DNA of 64,000 bases. It comes from Planctomycetota bacterium. GTDB taxonomy: Bacteria; Planctomycetota; B15-G4; JADJEK01. Below, in pieces: positions 51,493 to 60,715 of the stretch. The DNA is taken from assembly GCA_044225365.1 (NCBI GenBank), contig JBGAIQ010000001.1, positions 374,465 through 438,464 of the forward strand, written 5' to 3'. Each line of letters opens with the position of its first letter. The first letter of the stretch is position 1. Position numbers and translations under genes: made by a program. The notes under the pieces were generated by a model, which was given only the letters and a program-made list of their open reading frames with translations, was not told the DNA's origin and did no database searches.

Positions 51493-54400
51493 GTGCTTCG
51501 AGATCTCGAACTCGAAGCGTGTTCGCACTCGTGCTCACGCAGGCCCTCTTGTTCTCCTCGCGCGCGACGGCGGCCGACGGGGTCCTGGAGCTCGGGAAGG
51601 AACTGCTCGCCGCGCTCGATCGAGCCGCGAGCGAGAAGGACGCGCCCCTCTCGCACTGGGACGCCGTCTACGACTCCGCGATCCGAGCGCACGGGGACAT
51701 CGAGCCGCTCGTCGCCGCGCTTCGCGCCAAGGCCGATGCGCCCGACGTCCAACCGACCGCGAAGCTCGCGATCTTGCGCGGACTCGTCCACGTGCAGCAT
51801 CGCGACGGCCGTCTCGCCGATGCGCTCGAGACCGCGAAGGAAGCGCTCGCGCTCGGGAAGAGCGATGACCTGCTGCTCACGAAGGCACTGCTCGAGGACG
51901 CGGCCGACGATGCAGACGCCGCGATCGAGACGTTTCGCGAACTCGAGGACACCGCGTCGGATTCGGCCTTGCGCACGCGAGCGCGACTCCGAATATCTCT
52001 GCTCTCGGCGACGCGCGGCGATCGCAAGAAGAACCCCGGAGAGAAGAGCGCTTCGAGCGGGAGTGGTACGTCGTCCGCGGACGAAGCGCCGTCCGCGCTC
52101 TATCTCCTCGCGTCGGATGCTGGAACGGACGTCGAATTCCAGAATCGAGCGGCGCTCGTGCTCGCGCTCCTCGGTCGGTACAAGGAGGCGATCGAGCTCT
52201 ATCACGCGCGTCCGGAGGGCGTGGAGCGCTTCAAGGACGAGATCCGACTCGCGGAGTGGGCGCTCGCTGCGGGCAAGAACGACGAAGCGAAGGAATACGC
52301 CTGGAACGCGCGGACCGCGGCGACGCTGAAGCGCGATCGGATGTACGCGCTGACGGTGCTCGTCGAGGCCTACAGGAAGAAGGACGATCTCTCCGGTCTC
52401 ATCGGACGGTTCGCCGCGGAGAAGGATCTCGACGCGGAGTCGCGACGGACCTGGATCGACCTCTTGCGCGAGACCTCACGCATCGACGAAGCGCTCGCGC
52501 TCTTCGAGTCGGCACGCGGCGCCAACGCGGATGCCGGGTTCACCCCGGAGATGCGCCGCGACCTGCTGGAGATGTGTCGCGAAGCGGGGCGCGAGGACAA
52601 GATGGTCGCGACCTATCGCGAGTTGATCGACGCGGAGCCAGAACGCGGCGAGTGGCGCGAAGGACTGTGCCGCTATCTCCTCGAGCACGGCCGCCGCGAC
52701 GAAGCGGAATCGGTTCTCGCGGGTTACGTCGCGCGCTTTCCCGACGACCGTCACGCGCTCGCTGCTGCGGAGACGGCGCGCGATCTCGGACTCGACGATT
52801 TCGCGTCGAAGACGGCGCAGCGCTGCCTCGCCGATTCCAAGACGATCGACGCGAATGGCTTCGCCAGCGACACGCGACTCGCCGCCCGCATGTTCTTGTT
52901 CGACTTCGAGGTCCGCCGCGGTCGCGTGGAGAATGCGCTCGCGCATCTCGAGGCGTTCGATCGCGAGGCCGATCCCAAATCGCCTCTGCGCGTCGAACTC
53001 GCGGAGTCGTTCGAGCGGATCGGGAACAAGAAACGAGCTGCAGACGTCCTCGAGAAGATCCGTACGGTTCGCGGGGCCGATGGCGCGGAAGAGGATCTCG
53101 AGATGCGGCTCGCCTGGCTGCTCTCCGAGATCGGTGACGAGAAGACCGCGCTCGAGCGCTGGCGCAACCTGTGGCGACGCGTCGACTCACTACCCCGACG
53201 CCGGCAGGTCGAGGATCGGTTGATGGCGGTTGCATCGCGCCTCGGGGTTCTCGCGGACATCGCGATCGACCTCGAGGAGAAGCTCGCCGATGGCAAGGCC
53301 GACGATCGTGATTCCGATCTGCTCGTTCGCATCTACCAGAAGGTCAACGATCCGGCCTCGGCCGCCGAAGTGACCGAAGAGCACATGAAGAAAGCGGGCG
53401 CCGACGAGATCGCGACGCTCAACGAGAAGTCGCGGATCTTCCTCGCCGGGAAGGACTACTACCACTTCGAGAAGACGGTCAAGAAGCTGATCGAGATCGA
53501 CGCAGAGAACCGCGGCGATCACCTCCGTCAGCTCGCCATGAGCAACCTCGAGCGGGGTCGTCCGAAGGAAGCGCGCGAGGTCTTGAGCAAGCTAACGGCC
53601 GAGGGCGACAGCAGCGATGCAGCCGAGTTCGAGGCCGGAGTTCTCTCGCTGTCGGGCCTCAACGACGATGCCGCGCGCACGTACCGACGCGGCCTGGTGG
53701 ATCATCCGGAGCGCATCGACAGCTTCCTGCTCCTCGCGAACGCCATGCGCGCGATGGGGGATGGAGGCCGCGCGACGGGGATGTTCCAGTACCTTGCGGA
53801 GAACGCGGACAAGGACGATCTCTTCACGATCGCGATCGATGGCGTGCTCAACATGCGCGCGCCGGCGCCCGTGCTGCGGAGCGTTCTGCGCATCACGCTC
53901 GAGCGGCTCGCCGCCCGGCACGATCGCTTGTACCTCTACCAACTGGTCTCCGACCTCGCGGATGAACTGAAGGACAACGAGGCGAAGCTGCGCGCGCTCG
54001 AGTCCTCGCTCGCGATCGCCGGTGAACAGCGTTCGTCGATCCTGCGCGAACTGATGGACGTCGCGCAGGGCGAGGCGAGTAACTCGTTCACGATCGTGAA
54101 CGGACAGATGGTCCAGCGTCGCGTCGGTGGTGATGACGCGCGCCGCCTGGCGTACGGAAGGCGCCTGATCGGTCTCCCCGACATCGTTCCGCCTCAGGTC
54201 TACCTCGAGCTCGGTCAGTCGTTCCTCGCAGCGGGGGCGATCGGAAACGCGGCGAAGACCTTCGCGATGGCGCGCGACGTACCGGATTACGCCGCATTCC
54301 AGCGTCAGGTCGCGCAATCCTTCGAAGGCGACCAGTACGTCGAGAACGCGCTCGCGGTGTACGAGCGAACGATGGCGAGTCAGGGCGTCGACGTCTCATT

Positions 54401-57400
54401 GATGCTGAAGACCGCTCAATTGAACGAGCAGCTCGGGCGCGATGGCGCAGCGCGCGAGTTGTATCAGAAGGGCATGCAGCTCCTACTCTCACGGCATCCA
54501 CTCCAGGCGGCGGGAGGCAAACAGAAGAAGGATGCGAGCGCGGATCCATTCGACTGGTCGGCGCGGAACATCGGTGAGTTCGAGAAGTACTTCGGCGGGC
54601 TGAAGGCGGGATTCCTCGCGACGGCCAAGGACGACGAAGTCGCTGCGTTGTTCGATGCCGAGCGCGCGCTCTTCGATGCAGACCTCGCGGCCTGGGCGCT
54701 CGAGCCGGCCTCGAAGGAAGAGGGTGCGACCCTCGAGAACGCGCCGCGCGTGATGCATCGTGCCGCGTTGTTGCGCGACCTCGCACTGCGGTACGGATGG
54801 ATCGACCGCGCGGACGCGGTGGATGCGGCCTTGCTCCGCAGCTTCTCGAAGGACACGGCGGCGCTCGACGTCGTCGTGAAGGCTCGGCAGCAGTTCGGCT
54901 ACGTGCGATCCGGACGCGAACTCGTCGAAGGCAGTGGGTTCAGCGACGAGCAGAAGCACCATGCCTTGGCGGGGACTCAGGACGAATCGTCCGAGCAGTC
55001 GCTCGCGCTGTCGGCTGCAGTCCGGAGACTCCTGCCGATCCTCGTCGAAGGCGACCGGGAGAAGGCGAGTCTCCTGGTGCGGCGTGCACTCCAGAGCGCC
55101 GTCACGAAAGAAGATCTCCCGCAGTTGCGACTGTTGTTCGCCGCGGCGCTCTTCCTCGAGGACAAGAGTTCGATCGTCACGGTGGGACGCCAAATCGTTC
55201 GGGCTACCGTGGACCTCTCCGACGACTTCCAGGAGACGGAGCGGATGCAGTCGATGCTCGCGCGGGCACGCAGCGCGCTCGACGACGAATCCTTCGGTCT
55301 CGTCGTCGACGCGTTCGTCGACGCGGTGAACAAGAAGAAGGGCGCATTCGCGCGCTACGGGTACGAACTACCGGAGATGCAGCGACAGGTCGGCCATCCG
55401 TTGTTCACGTCGGAGGCGCTGAAGCAGCGACTCGAGGAGAGCCTCCCGGACGAGTCCTATCTCATCGATCGTCTCGTCGTGCTCGCGCCGGCGGACGAGC
55501 GGGTGGAGCTGCTGCAGAGCATCTGGTCGAAGGTGCCGCCGACCGCCCGCGCCGAGATCGCGCTCGGACTCTTCGATGCCGACAAGGGGGCGCTCGGGCA
55601 GTCGCTCGTCGATTTCGCCGTGGGTGCGTTCAACGAAGGAATCGAGAAGGTCGACGACCCACGGATGCTGACCTATCGCATTCGGTCCCTGCTCGACAGC
55701 GATTCGGTCGATCCGAAGAGCGCGGTGAGGATCGCGGAGGTCGCACACAAGCGATTCCCCGCGAACGCGATGTTCACGGCCACGGTGGCGGCGGCGCGTA
55801 TACGTCAGAAGGACCGCGAAGCGGCCAAGACGGCGTTGCGAGAAACCCTCACGCAACTCCCCGCGGAGCAGGAGCGATTCGAGGCCCAGGAGATCGGAAG
55901 ACTGCTCGTCGAGGCGTTCGTTCCGGGCGCCAAGGACGATCTGATCGCCGAACTCGATCGCGCGGAGGCCGAGAACCACGGCGCGAAGCATCTCGACGAC
56001 GTTCGCATCGCGATGTACGACAAGCTCGGCGATACCGACGGAAAGATCGCGGCGCTCGAGAAGGTCCTCACGAAGTCGCCGGACGATCCGGACGTGCTCT
56101 CTCAGCTCTACTACGCGATCCAGCAGCGGGGCGACGTGGGCCGGCGCATCGAGATCCTCGAGGCGCTCGCCGCGGACAAGCAACGCGGGACGTATTGGAT
56201 CGAATCGCTGCGTACGGTTCTTCTGCACCTGCGTGACCCCGCGCGCTTCCTCGAGTGGCGAGATCGGCGCGAAGGGGGCAAGCAGATCGCGAAACCCGAT
56301 CCGGAGGCCGCAGGAAAGAAATTGGAGCCCGCGAACTTCGCTGCGGTGAAGTCGAGCATCGCCAAGAACGATCTCGCTCGCGCCGCGAACACCTGGCGCC
56401 GTACCTGGCGCCAGTTCGGGTCCTATCGCGACTACGGGATCCAGGTCATTCGTTTCGCGTCCGGTGGTTCGCGTGCTCTCTTGTGGCCGGACGATGATTC
56501 GACCGAGGATGGCGAAGCGGCGGACGAAGTGAAGGAGTCTCGTGGCGGTCTCTTCGATTTGAGACTCGACGAGCCGCGTGCCTCCATTCGGAAGTCCGAA
56601 GACGGACAGCCGGGCAAGAGTGCAAAACCGAAGACGGGCCGCACGGTCTACGAAGCGATCGCCGAGTACGACTTCGGACTGGATGCCCTCCTGAGGCAGA
56701 TCCGGTCGCTCGAAGGGAATTCGATCCAGGCGTCGCGCGAACTCGTGCGCGGATTGCAGCGCGCCCTGCTCCGCGCGCACGGCAAGGGAACCGTCGAGGA
56801 GTGGCTCGCTCGGGTTCGCGATGGACGCGGCGGCACACTCGATCAGGCGCTGCTGTTCGCGTACTACGAGGATCACATCGATTCGCTCTCCGAGCAGGAT
56901 CGCGGAATCCTCTCGGAACTCATCCCGGTCGTCGACGCGCAGGACGCGAGTCAGATCCGAGCTCTCGCGCATCTCTACGCGCGAATGGGCGATGCCGATC
57001 GAGCGTCAAGGCTGTACCAGTGGTGTGCGACCCTCGCGAATTCGAGTTCCTGGTTCTTCGGCGACGCCACCGGGGTCTCGTCACGCGATCTTCTCGAGGA
57101 CGTTCGAGACGTTCTCAGCGGCGAGCGGCGTTTGGAGACCATCGCAGCGATCCTGCGTACCTGTCGTCCCGGCCCGGAAGCCTACGACCGCGACGACTTC
57201 ATCGGGCTCACGCTTCGCACCTGGTACGAGATCGTGGCTCGCAAGGATCTCCTCTCGCGATGCAAGGACGATCTCGATCGGGCACTCGATCTCCGTCAGG
57301 GGATCTCGCGCATGGGGGCCACGGCGGCGGTGCCGATCCTCCTCTACGCCGATGGCGGAGACGGCAAGCGGGCCCTGAGGGCCCTCGAGATCGCGATCTG

Positions 57401-58076
57401 CAAGCTCGACGAGAAGGATGTCGAGTTCAGCGAGAACGAACGCTACTCGAAGGAGTGGCGCCTCCGCGCTCCGTCGATCGGCAATGACGCGCTGCGCGGT
57501 TTCTTCGATCGTCCCGTCGAGGATCCTGCACATCCCATCGATGCGGCAGCGGAGAAGGAAGCCTGGCGGAGCTGGCTCGAAACCGCGGCGACGCAGTGTC
57601 TCGAATGGTCGGCGGCCGGGCGCCTCGACAGCTACAGCGAGATGAGGTTGTTCGCGGTGCTGTCGGTTCGACTTCAGGAAGCGGGGTCTGCCCCCGGGCC
57701 GGGTTCGATCAGCGAGCGAGTCCTCGCTCACGTGCGCGACGCTTCGAGCAAGGGCGATCGTCAGCTCTATCTCGATCTCCTGCGCAAGAATGGCGACGAG
57801 GCCACGGCCCGCAAGGTCGAGGACGAACTTCTCGCGTCGAATGGGCTCGAACCCGTGCGCGTCGACGAAGTCATCGGCCGGATCGAGGAGACCGAGGGGA
57901 AGGCCGTCGCTCTCGAACGTGGCGTGCGCGCCATGGCGTGGACGCCGCATCCGAAGCTCCTCGCGCGCCTGCAGCGACTCGCGACGGAACTCTCTCAGGA
58001 CGAAGTCCTCGCGAAGGTGCTGGCGCGAAAGAAAGCGTGCGAGGATGCGGCGAAGAAGCTCGAGCATCCCTGGTGA
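51489..58076 (+). CDS. Very large exported TPR-like helical-repeat protein (2195 aa)
   Basis: Signal peptide, then continuous A/L/E/R-rich helical repeats (e.g. LALLGRYKEAIELY); ATGA-coupled to the VWA gene. Confidence 0.87.
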   Translation: MSASRSRTRSVFALVLTQALLFSSRATAADGVLELGKELLAALDRAASEKDAPLSHWDAVYDSAIRAHGDIEPLVAALRAKADAPDVQPTAKLAILRGLVHVQHRDGRLADALETAKEALALGKSDDLLLTKALLEDAADDADAAIETFRELEDTASDSALRTRARLRISLLSATRGDRKKNPGEKSASSGSGTSSADEAPSALYLLASDAGTDVEFQNRAALVLALLGRYKEAIELYHARPEGVERFKDEIRLAEWALAAGKNDEAKEYAWNARTAATLKRDRMYALTVLVEAYRKKDDLSGLIGRFAAEKDLDAESRRTWIDLLRETSRIDEALALFESARGANADAGFTPEMRRDLLEMCREAGREDKMVATYRELIDAEPERGEWREGLCRYLLEHGRRDEAESVLAGYVARFPDDRHALAAAETARDLGLDDFASKTAQRCLADSKTIDANGFASDTRLAARMFLFDFEVRRGRVENALAHLEAFDREADPKSPLRVELAESFERIGNKKRAADVLEKIRTVRGADGAEEDLEMRLAWLLSEIGDEKTALERWRNLWRRVDSLPRRRQVEDRLMAVASRLGVLADIAIDLEEKLADGKADDRDSDLLVRIYQKVNDPASAAEVTEEHMKKAGADEIATLNEKSRIFLAGKDYYHFEKTVKKLIEIDAENRGDHLRQLAMSNLERGRPKEAREVLSKLTAEGDSSDAAEFEAGVLSLSGLNDDAARTYRRGLVDHPERIDSFLLLANAMRAMGDGGRATGMFQYLAENADKDDLFTIAIDGVLNMRAPAPVLRSVLRITLERLAARHDRLYLYQLVSDLADELKDNEAKLRALESSLAIAGEQRSSILRELMDVAQGEASNSFTIVNGQMVQRRVGGDDARRLAYGRRLIGLPDIVPPQVYLELGQSFLAAGAIGNAAKTFAMARDVPDYAAFQRQVAQSFEGDQYVENALAVYERTMASQGVDVSLMLKTAQLNEQLGRDGAARELYQKGMQLLLSRHPLQAAGGKQKKDASADPFDWSARNIGEFEKYFGGLKAGFLATAKDDEVAALFDAERALFDADLAAWALEPASKEEGATLENAPRVMHRAALLRDLALRYGWIDRADAVDAALLRSFSKDTAALDVVVKARQQFGYVRSGRELVEGSGFSDEQKHHALAGTQDESSEQSLALSAAVRRLLPILVEGDREKASLLVRRALQSAVTKEDLPQLRLLFAAALFLEDKSSIVTVGRQIVRATVDLSDDFQETERMQSMLARARSALDDESFGLVVDAFVDAVNKKKGAFARYGYELPEMQRQVGHPLFTSEALKQRLEESLPDESYLIDRLVVLAPADERVELLQSIWSKVPPTARAEIALGLFDADKGALGQSLVDFAVGAFNEGIEKVDDPRMLTYRIRSLLDSDSVDPKSAVRIAEVAHKRFPANAMFTATVAAARIRQKDREAAKTALRETLTQLPAEQERFEAQEIGRLLVEAFVPGAKDDLIAELDRAEAENHGAKHLDDVRIAMYDKLGDTDGKIAALEKVLTKSPDDPDVLSQLYYAIQQRGDVGRRIEILEALAADKQRGTYWIESLRTVLLHLRDPARFLEWRDRREGGKQIAKPDPEAAGKKLEPANFAAVKSSIAKNDLARAANTWRRTWRQFGSYRDYGIQVIRFASGGSRALLWPDDDSTEDGEAADEVKESRGGLFDLRLDEPRASIRKSEDGQPGKSAKPKTGRTVYEAIAEYDFGLDALLRQIRSLEGNSIQASRELVRGLQRALLRAHGKGTVEEWLARVRDGRGGTLDQALLFAYYEDHIDSLSEQDRGILSELIPVVDAQDASQIRALAHLYARMGDADRASRLYQWCATLANSSSWFFGDATGVSSRDLLEDVRDVLSGERRLETIAAILRTCRPGPEAYDRDDFIGLTLRTWYEIVARKDLLSRCKDDLDRALDLRQGISRMGATAAVPILLYADGGDGKRALRALEIAICKLDEKDVEFSENERYSKEWRLRAPSIGNDALRGFFDRPVEDPAHPIDAAAEKEAWRSWLETAATQCLEWSAAGRLDSYSEMRLFAVLSVRLQEAGSAPGPGSISERVLAHVRDASSKGDRQLYLDLLRKNGDEATARKVEDELLASNGLEPVRVDEVIGRIEETEGKAVALERGVRAMAWTPHPKLLARLQRLATELSQDEVLAKVLARKKACEDAAKKLEHPW

Positions 58077-58329
58077 GACCGCGGACGCGGCGGACGTTGG
58101 AACGATCCCGCACTCCGATCCCGGGCTCTCGCAATTCACATCTTCACGAGAAAGCCCGAGCTACTTCCTTCGGATCGCCGAGGATCTTTCGGCGATGCCA
58201 TCGCCGCGACTCGCAGTCTCGCGGTCGACGCGACGTTTCAGCGAAGCAAGAATTCTTTGCAGATCGAAGTGAGCGGGGAACAAATCAATTTCCATTTGTT
58301 ACGGTGCGGCGGTCGATACGTACTTTGAC

Positions 58330-58545
58330 CGAACTTTTCACGGTCGAGTTACGTCACGACCGAGAAGTTCGTCATCGTTTGGAGCCGCGACAACACCCAG
58401 CGCGCGACCTCGAGCGGTGAGTCAGAGACCGTAGTACAAGCACCTGGGCGGTAGGTGGTGATCTCGCGGCAACCCCGGCTGGTGGGTTGTGGGGGGTGGC
58501 CGAGAGATGAGACGTAGTCTGCGGTGCCCATTCCAAAGGCATCGC
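58330..58545 (+). ncRNA. Candidate structured RNA / 5' leader
   Basis: Nested stems visible by eye: 58330-46/58357-71, UCAUC/GAUGA, GCCGCGA/UCGCGGC, CCCAG/CUGGG, CGGU/ACCG, GCGGUGCC/GGCAUCGC, several with G-U pairs on the + strand. Confidence 0.35.
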
Positions 58546-58573
58546 GAGGGCTTGTAGTTGGGCGGGGGTGACC

Positions 58574-58783
58574 ATGGTGCGGTGTTCGTGCACGATCCAT
58601 GACGTGCGCCGCGAGCAGATCCTGGAGGCTACCGGGCGCCTCTGGATTCGGCTCGTGTGCAACGTATGCGAATCGGTTCTCGATAACTGGCAGGCGGATT
58701 CCCGCGAGCCAGAGCGTCAACGAGTCGGATCCCGGAACGAGAGTTCGCCGAAGGTGAACGAGAAGAAAGCCAGCAGCGGCTGA
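58574..58783 (+). CDS. Small Cys/His-rich protein (69 aa), possible zinc ribbon
   Basis: MVRCSCTIH...LVCNVC; G-rich RBS-like GGGGG upstream; mostly G/C-ending codons. Confidence 0.55.
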   Translation: MVRCSCTIHDVRREQILEATGRLWIRLVCNVCESVLDNWQADSREPERQRVGSRNESSPKVNEKKASSG

Positions 58784-58859
58784 ATCGACGGTTGAGTCGA
58801 AGGGGAATCGTCCGCAACGGCGCGGGCGAATTCGGTTCGGACCTTTTCGCAGCCCCGAC

Positions 58860-59273
58860 TCACGAGAACGCGCGTGCCTCGCGATGCAGTTCGCTTCGCG
58901 AGTCCAGCGTTCGTTCCACCTTGCGAACCAACAAATCGAGGTCGAACGGCTTGCGCAAGTAGGCGTCACCCCGGACCTCGGTCGGGCTGCCGCCCGTTCG
59001 CGCGTCGAGTGCCGAGATCACGATGATCGGTACGCGCGCGATATCGGGATTCGTCCGCAGCAGGTGGAGCAACTCGGTGCCGGTGAACCCGGGTAAGAGC
59101 AGATCGAGCAGGATGAGATCCGGGCGTTCGCGCAGTGCGGCGAAGTAGCCCTCGCTGCCGTCGAACGCGACGGCGACTTCGTAGTCGCGCCGCCGCAGCC
59201 GGAAGGCGATGAGCTGGACGAGGTCGGAGTCGTCCTCGATGAGGAGGATGCGGCCCTTCGTACCATTGGCCAT
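58860..59273 (-). CDS. Single-domain response regulator
   Basis: ILLIEDD, PDLILLDLLLPGFTG, IIVISA, YLRKPF; AAGGA RBS. Confidence 0.93.
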   Translation of the reverse strand: MANGTKGRILLIEDDSDLVQLIAFRLRRRDYEVAVAFDGSEGYFAALRERPDLILLDLLLPGFTGTELLHLLRTNPDIARVPIIVISALDARTGGSPTEVRGDAYLRKPFDLDLLVRKVERTLDSRSELHREARAFS

Positions 59274-59410
59274 GTCGATGCGGTCCTTCGCCCGATCGCT
59301 CGGGCCCTGAGTTCAGGTAGCGCGACTCAGTGTGGAGGAGTCCGATCAAGTCGCGATGAAGCACGCAGGAAGCGACGGTCAATCGACACGACCGCCACGG
59401 GTCCGCATCG

Positions 59411-60709
59411 TCAGCGCAGCGCGAGGGACCTCACGGGCGACGTCGCGGGCGGTTCCTCGGGCTTCGACGAGAAGAACGCCACGACGCCGAAGAGCGTCGT
59501 TCCGGCCTTTGCCTCGATCCGCGAGAGATCACACTCCACTTCGGCCGAACCCGATGCATCGGTTCGCCCGCGCAGATTCGGATTCTCGAGGCATCGCGCG
59601 AGCATGGGGTCGTTCCCGATCGGCAACATCGTGCCGCGGAGTTCGATCGGCGGCTCGCTGCGCGGCGAGAAGGCGATCTGGAATTCGCGATGGGGTGGGC
59701 CGTGCACCGTCCACTTGCCGAGCAGCCCTGTGATGGTCACGAGGTCGAGGCTTGGCGCCACCGTCGCATTCGAGTTCGAGGGCCGCGAGGCGGTCTCGGG
59801 AACGAGGTGCTGCTTCTTCAAGCCGTCAGCGACGAGGGCCGCGAAGTACTCGTTGCCGCGCGCATTCGGATGGTCGTCGTCGAAGAAGAGGGACGAGTAA
59901 CCGGACTGGGCGATCGCTGCACGGAATGGGATCGCGATCTCGATGAAGGGGACGCCGAGATCGGCGGCGGTCGCGCGCGCATTGGCGTTGAGGTCGAGGA
60001 AGTAGGACTGATTCTCGGTCGCGTAGTCCAACAGCACGGGTGTCGCGCCGTGGGCGCGGACCCTCGCCACGATCTTCTCGAGGTTCTTCCGCACCCGCGA
60101 AGTGAGGCCGTCGCCGGAGAGCACTCCGAAGGCCTTGCCGCCCATCGCCGCAGGCTTCTGCACCCCGTTCTCCTCGACCATCATCTTGCCGTCCTTCTCG
60201 ACGACCTTGGGACCGGACGACGCCCGGCCCGCGAGGTTGAGACGGAGGATCCGGAAGAGGCGCGTGACCCGAAGCTGCGCGAACCACGAAGGCGAGTCCG
60301 CGGCGTCGTCGGCGTCCGATCGGGTCGCGTCGAAGTTCCAACTGTCGTTGAATCCGACGAGGATCAGCACGAGATCGGGCGAGAGGCGATCGAGGTAGTC
60401 GGGAAGGCTCGCGAGGAGGGCGGACGAATTGCGCCCGGGGACGCCGTAGTTCACGACGCCGATCGATTCGCCGGAGGGATCGAGCGCGTTCTGCAGTCGC
60501 GACGGATACGAGAGCGCCGGAATCACATGCAGACCGAAAGTGTGCGAGTCACCGACGCACAGGATCGTCGTCGCTGCGCCTGCGCCGCCGCGTTCGCGCG
60601 AGACGAAGTGCGACGCGATGCGCAGTCCGATTTCGGCGATCCCGAGCAGGACGACGAGGGAGAGCGGGACGAGGAGCAGTCGCAGGAAGAAGGCGCGAAC
60701 GCGCGACAT
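59411..60709 (-). CDS. Membrane-anchored SGNH/GDSL hydrolase
   Basis: GDSHT, NYGVPG, GFND and DDHPN blocks; N-terminal TM with AEIGLR. Confidence 0.9.
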   Translation of the reverse strand: MSRVRAFFLRLLLVPLSLVVLLGIAEIGLRIASHFVSRERGGAGAATTILCVGDSHTFGLHVIPALSYPSRLQNALDPSGESIGVVNYGVPGRNSSALLASLPDYLDRLSPDLVLILVGFNDSWNFDATRSDADDAADSPSWFAQLRVTRLFRILRLNLAGRASSGPKVVEKDGKMMVEENGVQKPAAMGGKAFGVLSGDGLTSRVRKNLEKIVARVRAHGATPVLLDYATENQSYFLDLNANARATAADLGVPFIEIAIPFRAAIAQSGYSSLFFDDDHPNARGNEYFAALVADGLKKQHLVPETASRPSNSNATVAPSLDLVTITGLLGKWTVHGPPHREFQIAFSPRSEPPIELRGTMLPIGNDPMLARCLENPNLRGRTDASGSAEVECDLSRIEAKAGTTLFGVVAFFSSKPEEPPATSPVRSLALR

Positions 60710-60715
60710 CGGGAG

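Noticed and set aside
58380-58545. SAM-I or cobalamin riboswitch
   Set aside because: Only isolated words match, and they are in the wrong order or lack the core elements; kept only as an unknown structured RNA candidate.
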